From the NCBI GenBank assembly GCA_951804945.1, contig OX638156.1, positions 50,654,001-50,718,000 on the forward strand: a stretch of DNA of 64,000 nucleotides. The letters run 5' to 3'. The DNA comes from Podarcis cretensis (Eukaryota). Within the stretch, counting starts at the first letter, position 1; each line of letters starts with the position of its first letter. Position numbers and translations under genes: made by a program. Below, in pieces: positions 35,001-47,990 of the stretch. The notes beneath the pieces were generated by a model. That model was given only the letters and a program-made list of their open reading frames with translations. It was not told the origin of the DNA and made no database searches.

Positions 35001-36414
35001 CGCACCAATGCATCCGAGTCAGCTTGGCTTGAGCAGGGCAGGATCCCCAGAGCCACAAAGCGCACAGCCAGCCTGTGGGCTGTCTCAGGGCCCACCACTC
35101 TCTGCAGGAGTGGCATCAGCTGCGCAGCGTAGAAGTGCTCATCTCCCTTGAACACCAGGTATGAGGTGAAGATCAGGCTGCCCCCACCGAGAATCACTGT
35201 TGCCTCCTTAAAGCGTCGCTGGGAGAGCAAAGAGAGTGAGATACACCCCAAGCCTACAGCCCACCCAACCCCTGGAGAACGGGAGGAGGAAGGTCTACTA
35301 CCCTGCTCCACCCTAACACACCCACAGAACTCTGTCTGGTATATCTAGGTTAAAGCTCCAAGTTGGCTTTGGCTAGACCTGGCCAAGCTACCCTGCCTCA
35401 TCATCCCAGTTGGGATAAATACTGACCCTAAAACTGAGAAAGCAGCTGGTCCGCATGGGGCACTCTGAAAGGGCTAAATGCAGCAGGAATCCTGTTGAAG
35501 AGCTGCTGGTACTACCTGGGATGGCAAATGGGGAGGATTTCAGATGCCAAAACACAAGGAACACATAGCTTCCAATTACTACTGGCTCCTGGCAATGACT
35601 GGCCGGATCTGACAGGAGGCCTTTTGGTAGAGGAATCTGCCTCCAGCTCTTCAGCAGCTGCATGGCAGGCAGGAGGACTATTGCTGCTCAGCAAAAGCTG
35701 CACCCACTCAACCTCTGCTTGCCTTGGCTGTTGCTCCAGCCTACCCCAAAGGAGCAACACACGATTTGCTCTCACAGCTGGCCACTGGAGCCCTCCCAGC
35801 AACTACGTTCAAGCTGCACGGTTCACTCAGGAATGGCAAGAAGCTGCTTCCCGCCGCCCGCCCCCCCCCCGACAGATTTTTGGACCACCTAGGTCAGGCT
35901 GCTTGCTCTCTCGAAGGCATGATACCAGCCCTGCAAACTTCGCTTAGTCCCTTTCAAGCAGTAAGAGGAGTTAAGCGCTTTTATAGGTATCACAGTAGTG
36001 AAGGAGTTGCAACTTTCCCCTTGAATTGGAGGCTGGTATCCTGTTTCTGGGCAACCACAAATGCAAGACTGCATATCGTCCTACAGCGCATCTAGCCCCG
36101 CCTCAAGACAGAAGAATCCACTCCGCATTTCCCCAGTAGTTGCTTCAAACCAGCAACACGGGTGGGTGGGTGTGCCGCGCGCGCAGAGCACTGCGGGAGG
36201 CAAATAATTTGCCCACCGAGTATCGCCTGCTCTGACTGGCAAAGGCGGGCCTCCCTCCGGGTCTCCCCGGCAGAGCAAAGGCACTTTCTTCACAGGGTAC
36301 CTCGACCTGCAAAATGCCTGCTCTGGCACGAAGCTACGGCCCACCCTTGAGCCCAGCGCCCGCCCACTGTGCGACCTTCCTCACCCAGAGCGACGCGCCC
36401 GCAGCTCCCGCCAT
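30980..36414 (-). CDS. DHODH: Dihydroorotate dehydrogenase (quinone), mitochondrial; 9 exons, 398 aa
   Basis: Exons 36385-36414, 35006-35218, 34608-34807, 34377-34459, 33792-33979, 33131-33244, 32380-32533, 32127-32286, 30980-31034 sum to 1197 nt in frame; motifs [36 protein letters not shown]. Confidence 0.98.
31995..32077. repeat. Compound (CT)n(CA)n microsatellite
   Basis: Direct reading, DHODH last intron. Confidence 0.95.
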
Positions 36415-37650
36415 GGCAGCAAAAGGAGGATGCACATGGGCTCCACTTCCGGTAGAGAGCCGGAAACTGAACTACAAAGAAGCCCGCTGCACTATAAACA
36501 CACAAGAGGCAAAACTTCCGTCTTCTTTTATAGTCTCTCAATTCCCGAGTTTAGGGGCAGCCTCGATTACATTCTGCCTTTCCCCCCCCCCAAATGATCC
36601 CAGCAGGGCTGCAGATCTAGCCCTCAGGAGCAGCCGAAAGCCGTGTGCATACCGAGAAGTTGCGTTTTATAGTATTTAAAAACCGCTCGCATTTCCCATG
36701 CAAAATAAAACGCTTTTAATGCAGCTTCACTCCCTTTGGTCTAGTTTGAATAGTTGCCCATTGTTTTTTTCCCCGCAGTTGTGTCGGGTGCTAAGACTTC
36801 GCAGAGTGATATGAAAAGAAAAGGATATCAACAACGGAAGAAAAATTATGGGCAGCCCGAAGAAGTCCTTATGGAGCCCAGCCCCATATGCAACCCGTCT
36901 CCCGACCCAGAAATCGCAGGTGGGGCTTTACCCCACCACCTTCATCTCCAAGTCCCTTCCCTCAGCCAACCAAGCAGGACCGATCTCCGGGACCCCTGTT
37001 CCCCAGGCTGCCCGAGGCAGAGGCGTAGGGCGCCTTCCTGGAAGGGGCGAGGCAGGCCGCACAGGCGTGAAGGGAGATGGCCAGCATGAAACGAGAGAGG
37101 GAGAAACAGCGGCTCCCTTTGATTGGCTGAAGAGGCACAAGAGACAACGCGGGAGCATCTGGCAACTGCTGAAGGTGATCCCACCCCCCAGCCGTCGGGG
37201 CATCTTGATCCCCCCCCCTCTCTGGTGACTTCGCACGTGCAGCGCAGCTGCAGCAGCAGCAGCCATCACCCTGGAAACCCCCTGCCAGAGACAGTGTCCC
37301 GGTCTCGGCCCTCGTGCCCCGTCCTGTATCCTCCCCAAGTCCGATTTCTCTGCCTCTGTCTGTTGGAACCTGCCCGGCTGCCCCCTTGATTTCCCTGGGC
37401 AAGCAGCGCCACGGCGAGGGGCGAGCTGCCCATAGCCTTCCCTTCCACCCTCTGCGCTTTGTGGGCCTCCAGGCAGAGGAGTGAGCAGAGAGAGCCCCGC
37501 TGGGACCGGGACGGTGCTGAGACTACAGGGTCCCAGGCTCTGAGCCAGCGCTGCCCTCCGCGGTCCCCCCTCCTGCCCCGCCCACCGACTACGTCAGGGG
37601 AAGGACCCGTTAAATGTCGTCACTTACGCCAACGCCCCCTTCCCGGCGGG
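36415..37650. promoter_or_regulatory. Divergent CpG-rich promoter region between DHODH and TERF2
   Basis: Start codons 1.24 kb apart and facing away; ETS CACTTCCGG, E-box CACGTG, ACTACA (ZNF143-associated) motifs, GC box. Confidence 0.75.
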
Positions 37651-40600
37651 ATGGCGCGCGGGAGAGGGAAGATGGCGGGCGGCGGCCCTGGAGCGTCTCT
37701 TGCTGCATCGCCCGAAGGAGCCTCGGAGGCTCGCGAAAAGGCCTTGGAGGAGGCGGTGAACCGGTGGGCCATCCTCTTCTACGCCCACCGGGCCCTTCAG
37801 GCTTTCCGGGCCGGCCGCAGCCAGGACTTTCGCCAGCTGCGCGACGTCATATACGGTGAGGAGACCAGTTTGTTTTACGAAAGGGGCATTTGGGGAACAT
37901 TCTCGCTGGGTTAAATAACTGTAAACGTGAGTGTAAACAACTAATAATAATAATTTTATTAGTTATACGCCGCCCATCTGGCTGGGTTTCCTCAGCCACT
38001 CTGGGCGGCTCACAGCACATATCAGAACATACTAAAACATCAAGCATTAAAATATGTCACGTAATAGCCCTGGTTCCACTTATGTCACTGTTACTTATTT
38101 ACATTTATATATTACATTTAATAGTCATTAGGTGTTTTCATTTAAGAAATAATGAACCTAAAGCAACTTAAAATATAATACAGTCTGTGTCCCTGGAACG
38201 TTTGTCATTTGCCTTTAGACATTAAGGGAAATAATAATAAATTTTTATTTATACCCCGCCCTTCCCGGTTCAGAAAACCGGGCTCAGGGTGGCTAACAAA
38301 TTTAAAACAATTGTGATACAACAAAAAACAGCATAAAATACAGTATAAAAGCGTGAATAACAATACATTCAAAGTTCTAAAATCAGTTTTGGGGGAAATT
38401 CATCCAATAATGATTTTTAAAGAAAATGCACAAAGTACAACTAACCAACAGCACAGAACCCAGAAGGAAGGTCTGAAAACAGCCAGCTGTGATTCTCAGG
38501 AAGATGGTTAGGATACATACATCCCCCCTTAAATGAATGCTTCCTAAAGCCCATCACAGATGGTCAGGAGAAGGGTTAGGATCCCCCCCCCCAGGCCGCC
38601 TTTAGCCTCCTAAGTACCTGAAAACTTCAGAGCCTTCGTGAAATCTATTTCAGATTGGAGAATGTTGATGTGTGTATTAAGAGATTGAGTTTAATGAGTT
38701 TTGGGTGTGGCCTGTAGTTGAGTGTGATGGTTTCCAGAAGCCAACCATTAGGAATGGCCTAGCACCTTTGGAGTGTAGTTCTAAGAAACTCAACTACTGT
38801 ACTTTACCATTCATTTTCTTACAGTAATTACTTCCGTGTGTCTATAAATATTTTAATGTTTCAATATTTTAATGTTGTATTTTAATTTTGTTTTTAAGTT
38901 GTAATCATTCAATTTGTTTTTATTATTGCTTATTAGCCACCCTGAGCCTGGCCTTGGCTGGGGAGGGCGGGGTATAAATAAAAAATATTATTATTATTAT
39001 AAATAAAATTTGTACATACTGCATTTCTGCCCCACAAAACTAGAGCTCCAGCAAGATCTCTCACCACAAAGATTAAGACACTAAAAAAAAAAAAGTGTGT
39101 TTGTGTATATATAGATACTAAAAGATATTCAAGATCACACACAAAAAAACAAGAAAATGCAAAGTGACTCCTGGGCCAAAGGGCACGTTGGGATGAAGCT
39201 GTCTGTCTGTATATGGCCAGGGATACAATATATGGGACAGTGCTTTGGTGCCTTACCCAAGCCTCGTTACACCTGGTTTGCTGAACTATCTGATTTTGCT
39301 TAGTGGCTGTTTTGACTGTCTTGTTCTTCTCCAGCTGTGCTTGCAAGGCCCCTAGTGCTAGAGAAATGCATTGGCATTCAGCTGCGGATTATCCAGCTTC
39401 TGTCTAGGATTGAAGAAGATTGGACCATTGATACCAAGACCAAGTTAACACCTCTTGAATATGCCCTTGTTCTTTTGGATAAGATGAAGAATGAATTGGA
39501 CATAGGCATTGATATAATACAAGAAATAAGAAATAAAATAAAGGAAGCAGTAAGTGTTAGCATTTCCTCTTCTGTAGGCACTGATTACTGTTTCTCAGCC
39601 TAGTTAGTATGAGGACAGCTGTCTTGAGTTTCAAAATGCAGTATATTTAGGAAAGGGTTTAATTAAGGTGCTAATTCAATGCCAGGATTAACTCTTGCCT
39701 GTTTTTCTCCATGCTTAAATTGGACTTTTAAATAAGTTCACAAAAATTAATAGAAGCAAGGAGGCACGATTCCTATATGTTGGGATGAAATGAAAGAGAA
39801 ATGTCTCCTCAGAAGTGCCTGAGTTTATTGGAACTCAGCATGTTTTGAAAACCTGTTTCCTTCGGGGGCAATCCAGGAAAAGCTGGCTTCTGGACTTTCC
39901 TGAGGCATACATTATTTCAATGTTGTTAGCCTACAGACTTTTAAGTAACTTGCCTTACTTGATTTTTTTAAAATTCTTTAATAAGTGGTCTAATATTACA
40001 CAATGAAAACACACATTGGGTTGAAAATGTGAAGCAGATCTAGAAAATTGCCAGAGGGATATCTCTCAAACAGTATCTTCTTAGATTAAGAACAGTCCCC
40101 CAAAGTCTTCCTTGCAAACCATTATTTTGTCTTTCTTCTCCAGGCTATTATAACCTGTTTAAAAAACAAAGAATATGAACAAGCCAGCAGGATCTTGAGG
40201 AAACACATGTCAAAGGACCCAAGTTCCCAGGTGAGCTTTCAGCAGGTATGAGTTCATGTCGCTGCTGTTGTTGAAATGTGCCTCTTATAGGGTCATTTCA
40301 CTGCAAAGCAGAGTCATGGTTTGTCCTTCCCACATTCTCCAATTCAGTGAGTGTCTTAAATACTTGAGTTTATTGTCCCCCTTATGCAATGAGAAAAATT
40401 GCATCCACAAGCAGCCCATGTTGCTACAGATTGTGGTCCACATCTCTAGTCATCATTACTTTCATGCATTTTTTTACATTACCTAGATTGCTCTGGTAGT
40501 TTGGCTTGTTTTGTTTAAACTTCTAATGACTGCAAAAATTGCTTTTATCTCTGCCCTGTGCTGCAATTTGCTTGCAAGTACTGAAAAACATTTCCCCTTG

Positions 40601-43600
40601 CTTAGAAAATGAGGTCGATGTTCCAGAGCATCATCCGAGAAAAAAACTTCGCTCATCCAGCCATCTGGAACTTCTCCTATAAAGCTTTCCAGCAGAGAAT
40701 ACTTCTGTATTTAGAAAGCTGCTTGAGTGACTCTGAGCCCTTTCTCTTAGAGGTAAGCAAGGGTATGGAGTGCTGCTTGATTGAGATGTGGGATGTTCTA
40801 GTGGGAGTATAGCTTAGTAGTCGAACATCTACTTTGCATGCAGAAGGTCCCAAGTTCAATCCCTGGCATCTCTAGGTAGGACTGGGAATGTCCCCTACTT
40901 GAAACCCTGGAGAGCCGCTGTCACTCAATGTGTGGTGATAGGAAACTATATGAACCATTGGTCTGGCTTGGCAGAAGGCAGCTTGCTTTCTTCATATATT
41001 TCTGTGTGTTGCTGGAGCATTTCAATATCACCCACATTGCCACAGCAGAACTCTTGCCGTCTAAACACTGTGATCAAAAAAGTACATTCAGCACCTGAGG
41101 CTTAAGACAGAAGCCTCCCTGGCCAAACTATTATGTGTTTGGGAAATATTTTTGTGAAGAGCCAAGTACCCCACAGCAGAACAGCACAGGGCTCCAATGT
41201 CACATTTGACATATATCAAGCTTGTAATCTGACAATGTTTTGGACTAGCAATTCCCAACAGCTCCAGCATCATGAGGCTGTGCTCCAGCATCATGAGGCC
41301 CTACAATTAGGGGATTTGTAGGTAAAGCATCTTCAGGGCACCAGCTTGGGCATGGCTGCTGTATATAACTAGAAAAAATAAAAGTTGAGAAGTGTTCTCT
41401 AGTAACTGTGTTCACATTCTCTGTTTAAGATGGCAAAAAGGGATTCGGATGATCAGATAGAGACCAGGCTCAATCCTTTGGAAATGGCCAGCAAGGAGGA
41501 AATGGTGAAAGAAACCTCAGAGGTGGCAGCAGCAGATAATCCTGAATCTGTGGGAAGATCTGATGAGACTTTGGAAGAGCCCCGGCCTGAGGCAGGGCCT
41601 AGAAATACAGTGGAAGAACAGCCAAAGTCTATGGAGGGAGGCCGTGAGACAGTTGCAAAGCCTTTGATGGAGGCAAAGGGAGCTGTTTTGGAGCTTGCTA
41701 AAGTGGTTGATGAGTGCCAGGCAGCTTCAAAGCCTGAAGAAGAAACCAGTGGAGCTGCAGAGCCTGCTGTGGTTGCTGTTGCCACTGTCTCAGCAGTTTC
41801 CAGTGACTCTGACAGGTTAGCAGCCTATGGCCTCTTACAGTTTTGACTCCCTTTGCCATGCTGGGCAGCTGTTTTGCCATACAACTTCTGGCTCTCAGCA
41901 CTCAGACTCAAATTGCACCTGCTGCCAGGGGAGCAAGGTCTTGGGGGTGAGGTCAGCAACATAAATTGGCAAAACTTGTGGAGCAACCTTCTGATGTTTC
42001 TTTATTTTGCAGATGCTCGCCTAAGAGGATGGGCTCGTATGGGTTTTCTACTCTGAGGGATGCTTTCAAGATCCTGTCCAATTCCCCAGATGCAGATGAA
42101 GAGTTTTCAAAACTGGACAAGTTGGACTGGACTTTCCCCAAGCCATGTTTGGCTTCTGATTTCCACGCAGCCAAGTGCCAAATGGGGAAGAACCGTGCTG
42201 CCTCCAGGCCGCACCCCAGTGAACGCTCAGTGTCCATAAGCACATTGGTTATGGGGTCAGAGAGCTGGGACCCCCCAACTTCCTGCCGAGTTCCATCCAA
42301 GAGGCCTGTGGCAACTTTGGTTGTCCGGCCTGCACAACCCCAAAAACCCACCCAGCCTGATGATACCTCCCGATATCCCAGGTAAGAGGCTATGACTGCT
42401 GTGGGGTCTGCTGGGGAACTGGCACAGCATGAGGCATTTGGTGCAACTTTCACCTTTGCAAGGAATCCATTAGAAGGCCTTAGGCCTCAGCCCAGAAGCT
42501 CCAAGGAAGGCAAAGGTGGTTTGCAGTGGTAGGGTTGCATCGCTGTGCATCTTCTCCCCCAGCTAGTAGAAGCAGATTGCGAGAGAATCTGGTTCACATA
42601 CCTTGTCTTAATTTTTATTACTCAGATTGCAAAGATAGCAGAATTGACAATACGGTCTCTGGCCCCATTAAAGATTGCTAAACAAATTTATTGTGACAGA
42701 AACACCTGTGCCGGACTCTGCTTTGTCAGATGCCTGGAATGTTAGCTTCAGTTGCCAGACAGAAGGTAGAAAATGTTATTTCTCTCCCCCCTCCCTCCTT
42801 CCATCTGTACCAAGGATAAGGGTTTGTGTTTTTGCCACCAGCTATTTGCTCATATTTAAGCTGCCATAGGTCTCTGCAGTGGTGTGTTTGCTGTGACAAA
42901 TTAGCCTCGCTCCTTTTCTGATACTTAACCCAGCATCTCCATAATCCTGGTTGTGTGCGACATTAATTGATGCAGCTCAGTCCCGTCTCATCTCCTTGTG
43001 GGGTAGGTCTTTCCTTACTTGTGTTTCTCTGTTCCATTCAGATTAGCAAAGAGGAGACTAATTTGTTTAAATCGGGATGAAGAAAAGGAGGTCTGGAGTG
43101 ATGAGGATGAACTTTTTGGTAAGCAGCTAGTATCCTGTATACAGTAAGCAGAGGGATTTGGGGGCACAGCTCTTGGATCAGAAAAGTAAAATATTTGGAC
43201 TACCTACTCCCAAGTGCGCAGCAGCAGCACTGACAAAATTACTGCCTTTAGCCTCAGACTGGCTTCTTGTTCTGCATGATGCTCAGTTGTAGCTCCATGC
43301 ACTCTTCTAATTAAAGCAGCTGTGCAGTTTTGATGGCTTCTCACATTGCATTACCCAGTGACATCACAATGACATGGGGAAAAACATTGCCAGCATGGCA
43401 AGCAAAGAGAACTGCGGTCCTTCAGGAGGCTTGCTTAGGCAATGCGCAGACTAGCTAAAAGCAAAACTCTCAAAACCTGGTAAACATCTTGCAAAACAAA
43501 GTGATAAATTTTGTGAACCATGCTAGAATGAGATGGCAACTGTGAGTGAACATGGATGACTGTTTGCCACATAGTTTAGGGTTGCCATATCTTGAAGAGC

Positions 43601-44921
43601 AAAAAAGAGGACAGCCTGAGCCAGGGAAGGAAGTGCACCTACATTCTTCTTTTCTCAGCTTGGGCTGGCGGCAGCAGTGGTGTGTAGAGTTGGCCAAGCA
43701 ATAAATGAATAAATAACCCCTCCCTACAACCCCGGACATTTCCTTTAAAATGTAAAGATCCCCCTGGATGCGCCTGTTGGCCCCCCAAAAGAGGACATGT
43801 CTGGGATGCCCTGGATGTGTGGCAACCCTAACATAGTTCCATCAGTAGTTGACTGTACACATCATGCCAAGGGCTGGGTGGAATTTGACCACTACTGTGG
43901 ATTTCTGATGAGGTGCAGTAGTGGTAAAACCTCCCAACTGCTGAGCCAGTAGCAATAACCAGCTTACCAAGTGGTTCCATGCATCCCATAAAGTTTGTAA
44001 ATGAATTTGTGTTTCAGAATCGAAGGAAGAAAGCAGCAGCAGCATCAACACTTCCCTCTTTGGTTCGAAAAAGAAGGTAACCAAGCCTACACCCAGTCCG
44101 GAGCTGAGCACTCCAGTGGGGAGAAATAGGCCTGCCTTGACAAGACCCCTCTAAATGGAGGCCAGTTGATGAGGACCCCCTCTCCCAAATGAAATAACTG
44201 ATGAAATCCCCATTAATGGGAACATAGGAAGCTGCCATATGCTGAATCCTGGTCCATCTAGCTCGGTATTGTCTGTGCTACAGGGTTTCAGGCCAGGTGT
44301 CTCTTTCGTGGCTCTACCTGGAAATGTCACAGGTTTGAAGCTGGGATCTTCTGCATGTTCAACCACTGGACTAAGGGGCCTCTTCTAATTAATTAAATAA
44401 TCAAGGGTCTTGGATACCCAGGTGTTTCAAAGAAGCCTGGGCAATCTCAGCACATTATATCTACTATATTTGATGGCCTCTTCAACCACACTTTAAGGAG
44501 GCAGAATTTTATTTTTATTACCCACATATTGCAGAAGGAGGACTAAGTGTGCCACCAAGTTGGGTTTAATGTCTTGAAATATGGGCTGGATATTTGCCTG
44601 CTGTGAGTTACTGGGCTACATGTCAGTGGCAATCCTCTGTTAGCAACAGCCATGGAACCATCTCCAGAGGGTGGGGTATCTGTCGTTCTGTCATGGGGAC
44701 AAGGGGCAAGTCTTGCAGCACTTGATGGTTGCTCATGAGAGCCTATGCCCTCTTCTTTCTAGATCTGGACTTCAGAGGAGTCTCAGTGGATTAAGGAAGG
44801 CGTGAAGAAGTTTGGGGAAGGGAGGTGGAAAGCCATTTCCCAGGCATTCCCCTTTAAGAACCGCACTCCTGTGGCGATCAAGGACCGATGGCGGACTATG
44901 AAGAATCTGGGGCTCTTGTGA
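37651..44921 (+). CDS. TERF2: Telomeric repeat-binding factor 2; 9 exons, 567 aa from the first ATG (alternative ATG at 37672)
   Basis: Exons 37651-37855, 39335-39549, 40144-40230, 40606-40752, 41430-41815, 42013-42381, 43042-43118, 44018-44076, 44763-44921 sum to 1704 nt in frame. TRFH ([18 protein letters not shown]), RAP1-binding ([10 protein letters not shown]...FSKLD), TIN2-binding-like (SISTLVM), iDDR-like ([13 protein letters not shown]), Myb/telobox (WTSEES...IKDRWRTMK); adjacent to TMED6-NIP7-COG8 as in human. Confidence 0.96.
40805..40990 (+). mobile_element. Squam3-like SINE
   Basis: tRNA-like head TGCATGCAGAAGGTCCCAAGTTCAATCCCTGGCATCTC and GAAACCCTGGAGAGCCGCTG body; related copies at about 44220-44380 (-), 49950-50135, 52030-52160 and 63830-64000 (-). 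Confidence 0.75.
43577..43830. mobile_element. hAT (Tip100-like) MITE in TERF2 intron
   Basis: TIR TAGGGTTGCCA / TGGCAACCCTA; perfect 8-bp TSD ACATAGTT. Confidence 0.88.
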
Positions 44922-45659
44922 ACCTGGGGGCAAGTGCCTGAGCTCCAACGCTATGTGGACACAGGGTGGGCCAGAGGTACTTTTGCAGTGTATTGCATTG
45001 GGCCAGCAGGCTGATAGCCACAATCTCTTAGCATCACTGGAGGCTTCTCCCTCTGCTTTCTGACATAGGCTCTCCCCCTTCATTTTGTTTCTTTTTTTTC
45101 CCTTTTAGTTTTCAGTACTGAAAATACAGATTCAACCTTGTGTAAACAATTGGTATGGAAAGTGCACGTTTTACAGTATAAAAAAATACGTCATTTCAAT
45201 TTTTTATTTTCTTATAAATGTTATTTTTCACTGTAGGTCTGCTGTGATATTAATAAACTGGTATTATGCCATAATCATCTGGAGTACAAATGCTATAAAT
45301 AAGGTTAAAGTAAAAAGATAGTAGAATAAGATATATTCTATCCACAAACAGGATGACATCATCTTACAGTCTCACGATAGGCAAACATTCTTATTTACTT
45401 GTGGAATCAAGTTACTTCAATTAGTTTTAATAACATACTATATAAAATCCCACCACACTGCTCCAAAATCCATAGGTTATGCCTGAACTTGAATTAATTG
45501 AAAACTAAATGTAATTTTTGCTGAAATTGCAGTGTTGTACATGTTTTTATACCACAAAATATTTCCAGTGTTGGAAAAGTGATGAGTTCTTTAGATAGTA
45601 CATTTTTATTTGTACCTTGGAACATTGTTAAAATAAAAAGCTATGGAGTGAATTCAGTT

Positions 45660-47990
45660 GTTTCCTTTATTAGTGCTGTTAGTTCTATGTGATCCAGGGA
45701 CCAAACAACTTGTATTCAAAAACAAGTCCACCAAAAATGTATATTTGTCCCCTTAGTGTCACATCGATGCCAACATAAGGGGCTTATAGTTGATGTGATG
45801 TTGGGGTGGAGTCCTATACCATCTGTGGAAGATAATGAGTGAAAGTTCTTTAATATTTGCAGACACTGACTTAAAGGGTTTCTTCATGCATATGCCTTTC
45901 TAAATTGAGTCTTCCATTGTTACTTTTACATCATATTCCCATCTTGATTTTAGGCTAGGCAAGTTCCCAAATTAGTTCTGTATTAAGTAACCATAAAATT
46001 TTGATACTACTTCCTTGCCTCCATTACCTAGTGGCACCTTGGATCATTCAAAATTAGTTGCATGTAATTTAACTATCAGATCCTTTAGTAAATGTTTAAT
46101 TTGTAGAATTTGAAGCCTCTTTAAAGTTAATTCCCATTTTTGGTACATTTAAAGTTACTGGTCTTACTCCTGTAAAAAAAAAAAAATCACAGTCTGAAAT
46201 AACCCAATTTTACCCTTTTCTTTATTTTAGCTTTAAAAGTATCAGTATCATCTTTCAGACTGGCATATGTCTGCAGAGAAGTGAGTGGTGAACAACCTGG
46301 GGAGAGTCAACTTCCATTTTTTCCATATCCTCAATTTAGTTTGTAAATATGGGTTATTCATTTGGGTGATAATTTTAAGGTTTTTGAAAGATAAAGCCCA
46401 TAGCAGACCTAGGGCTATTTGTTTTTCTTCCAAATTGATCCATTTCTTACCATCCTTCATAATCATGAAAGCCTGCTGTCTCAATTGGAACGCGTCATGG
46501 TATACCGAGAGGTTTGCTAAACCCCAACAACTTTGATTTAAAAACAAAAAGAAAAGAAGATTTCATGGGCAACCTTGAAGACTTATCTTGAAATATGAAA
46601 CAATTTTAGTTTGCCATTTGGACGTTGGAGAAAAGTAAGGAGGACCTGAAAGAGGGACAGAAAAGGGGAATTAACATGATATGTACTGCTGCAATAGAGC
46701 CTAAAATGGAAAGGTTAAATTTGTTCCATTTTTTAAAGTCCATGTTCATTTTTAAAATAATGGGATAATTCAGTTTAGATTCATGGTTCATGTTTTTTAG
46801 AATTGGCACACCCAAGTCTCCAAATGCAGAGCAGCACATAGGTGTATTAAGAATATGACAAGTGTGTATTTGAATCAGTGGTGGAAGACTGAAAAACATC
46901 ATTGATTTTCCAGTGTTTATTTTTAAGCCTGCCACTTCACAAAAAGATGTTAATTCTTCCTTTAATGCACAGACTGACCCCTTAAGGCCTTTCATCATCA
47001 CAACAATATCATCTGCATACATTGTCAACAGATGCTCTTCGCCCTTTCTCGAATATCCTTTTACATTTGGATTAAGACGTAAGATATTAGCAAATGGTTC
47101 AAAAGAGAAGACGAGGAGCAGTGGCCACAAGGGACAACATTTTTTTGTCCCTCTCCAGATTGCAATTGCTGAGGAGTCCATGTTATTAATTCTTAGAGTA
47201 GCTGAATTATTTGAATAGAGTTTAGCTATTGCAGTAATAAGATGATTGCCTAGTTGGCATGTCTGCAAAATGTTAAGAGATAACACCATTCCAAACCACC
47301 AAAGGCTTTGTAAATTTCTAAGGAACATAAATCCAAGAAGAGCAGTCTTATGTGATCCAAGATATGCCCAAGAGGTATGTTTCGTCTGTATGGATTAAAT
47401 TCCTAATTATTAGATTTAAATGTGCAACTAAAATTGAGAAGAAGATAATCTGGTCCTGATTCAATAAGGTAATTGGCCTGTATGAGCACACCTGTGCTTT
47501 ATCTCTGCCTGGCTTTAGAAGGACAGTTATTCTGGATCAGTGCCTATGTATCAGTGCCTGATTGCTCTTGACAGATGGATAAAGTTGACAAATATAAAGT
47601 GTTAGTAGGTCTCTGTATTTCTTAAAAAATGTGTTGCCAGCCCATCGGGTCAAGGGCTCATATACAGTATTTCAGTTTTTTTAATAGCTTGATCAATTTC
47701 TTCTGCAGAATGTTGTTGTGCTTTCTTTATGAGAGGTTTGATAACACATCTCACTTAATTTTTTTCAGGTAAAGGGTTATTTGGGTTATATAGCTCTTTA
47801 TAAAACTCTATAAACATATTGCTAATCTGATTTTAGTCATGAGTGAAAGTTCCATATTTAAAGTAATTATTTAAATAAATTGATTACTTTTGATAGCCCT
47901 GGCTAGCATTTGGAATGTTTATTACCATGTGAGTCAAAAGTTATATGAACAACGAGCATGGATTTGCCTATTCTCTCCATATATAACACT
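45660..47990 (-). mobile_element. Degenerate L1-clade LINE ORF2 (reverse transcriptase) fragment
   Basis: ORF 46606-47328 has RGTKKCCPLWPLL (from RGTRQGCPLSPLL), YADD and GLKIN motifs; upstream remnants of PGPDG and YRPITLLN motifs; many stops and frameshifts; boundaries approximate. Confidence 0.9.

Noticed and set aside
36928-37448. Overlapping ORFs between DHODH and TERF2 as a hidden gene
   Set aside because: GC-rich promoter DNA is depleted of stop codons; no recognisable domain or exon chain.
40805-40870. tRNA-like sequences with B boxes (also near 4960 and 52070)
   Set aside because: They are SINE heads continuing into a shared SINE body, with no complete cloverleaf.
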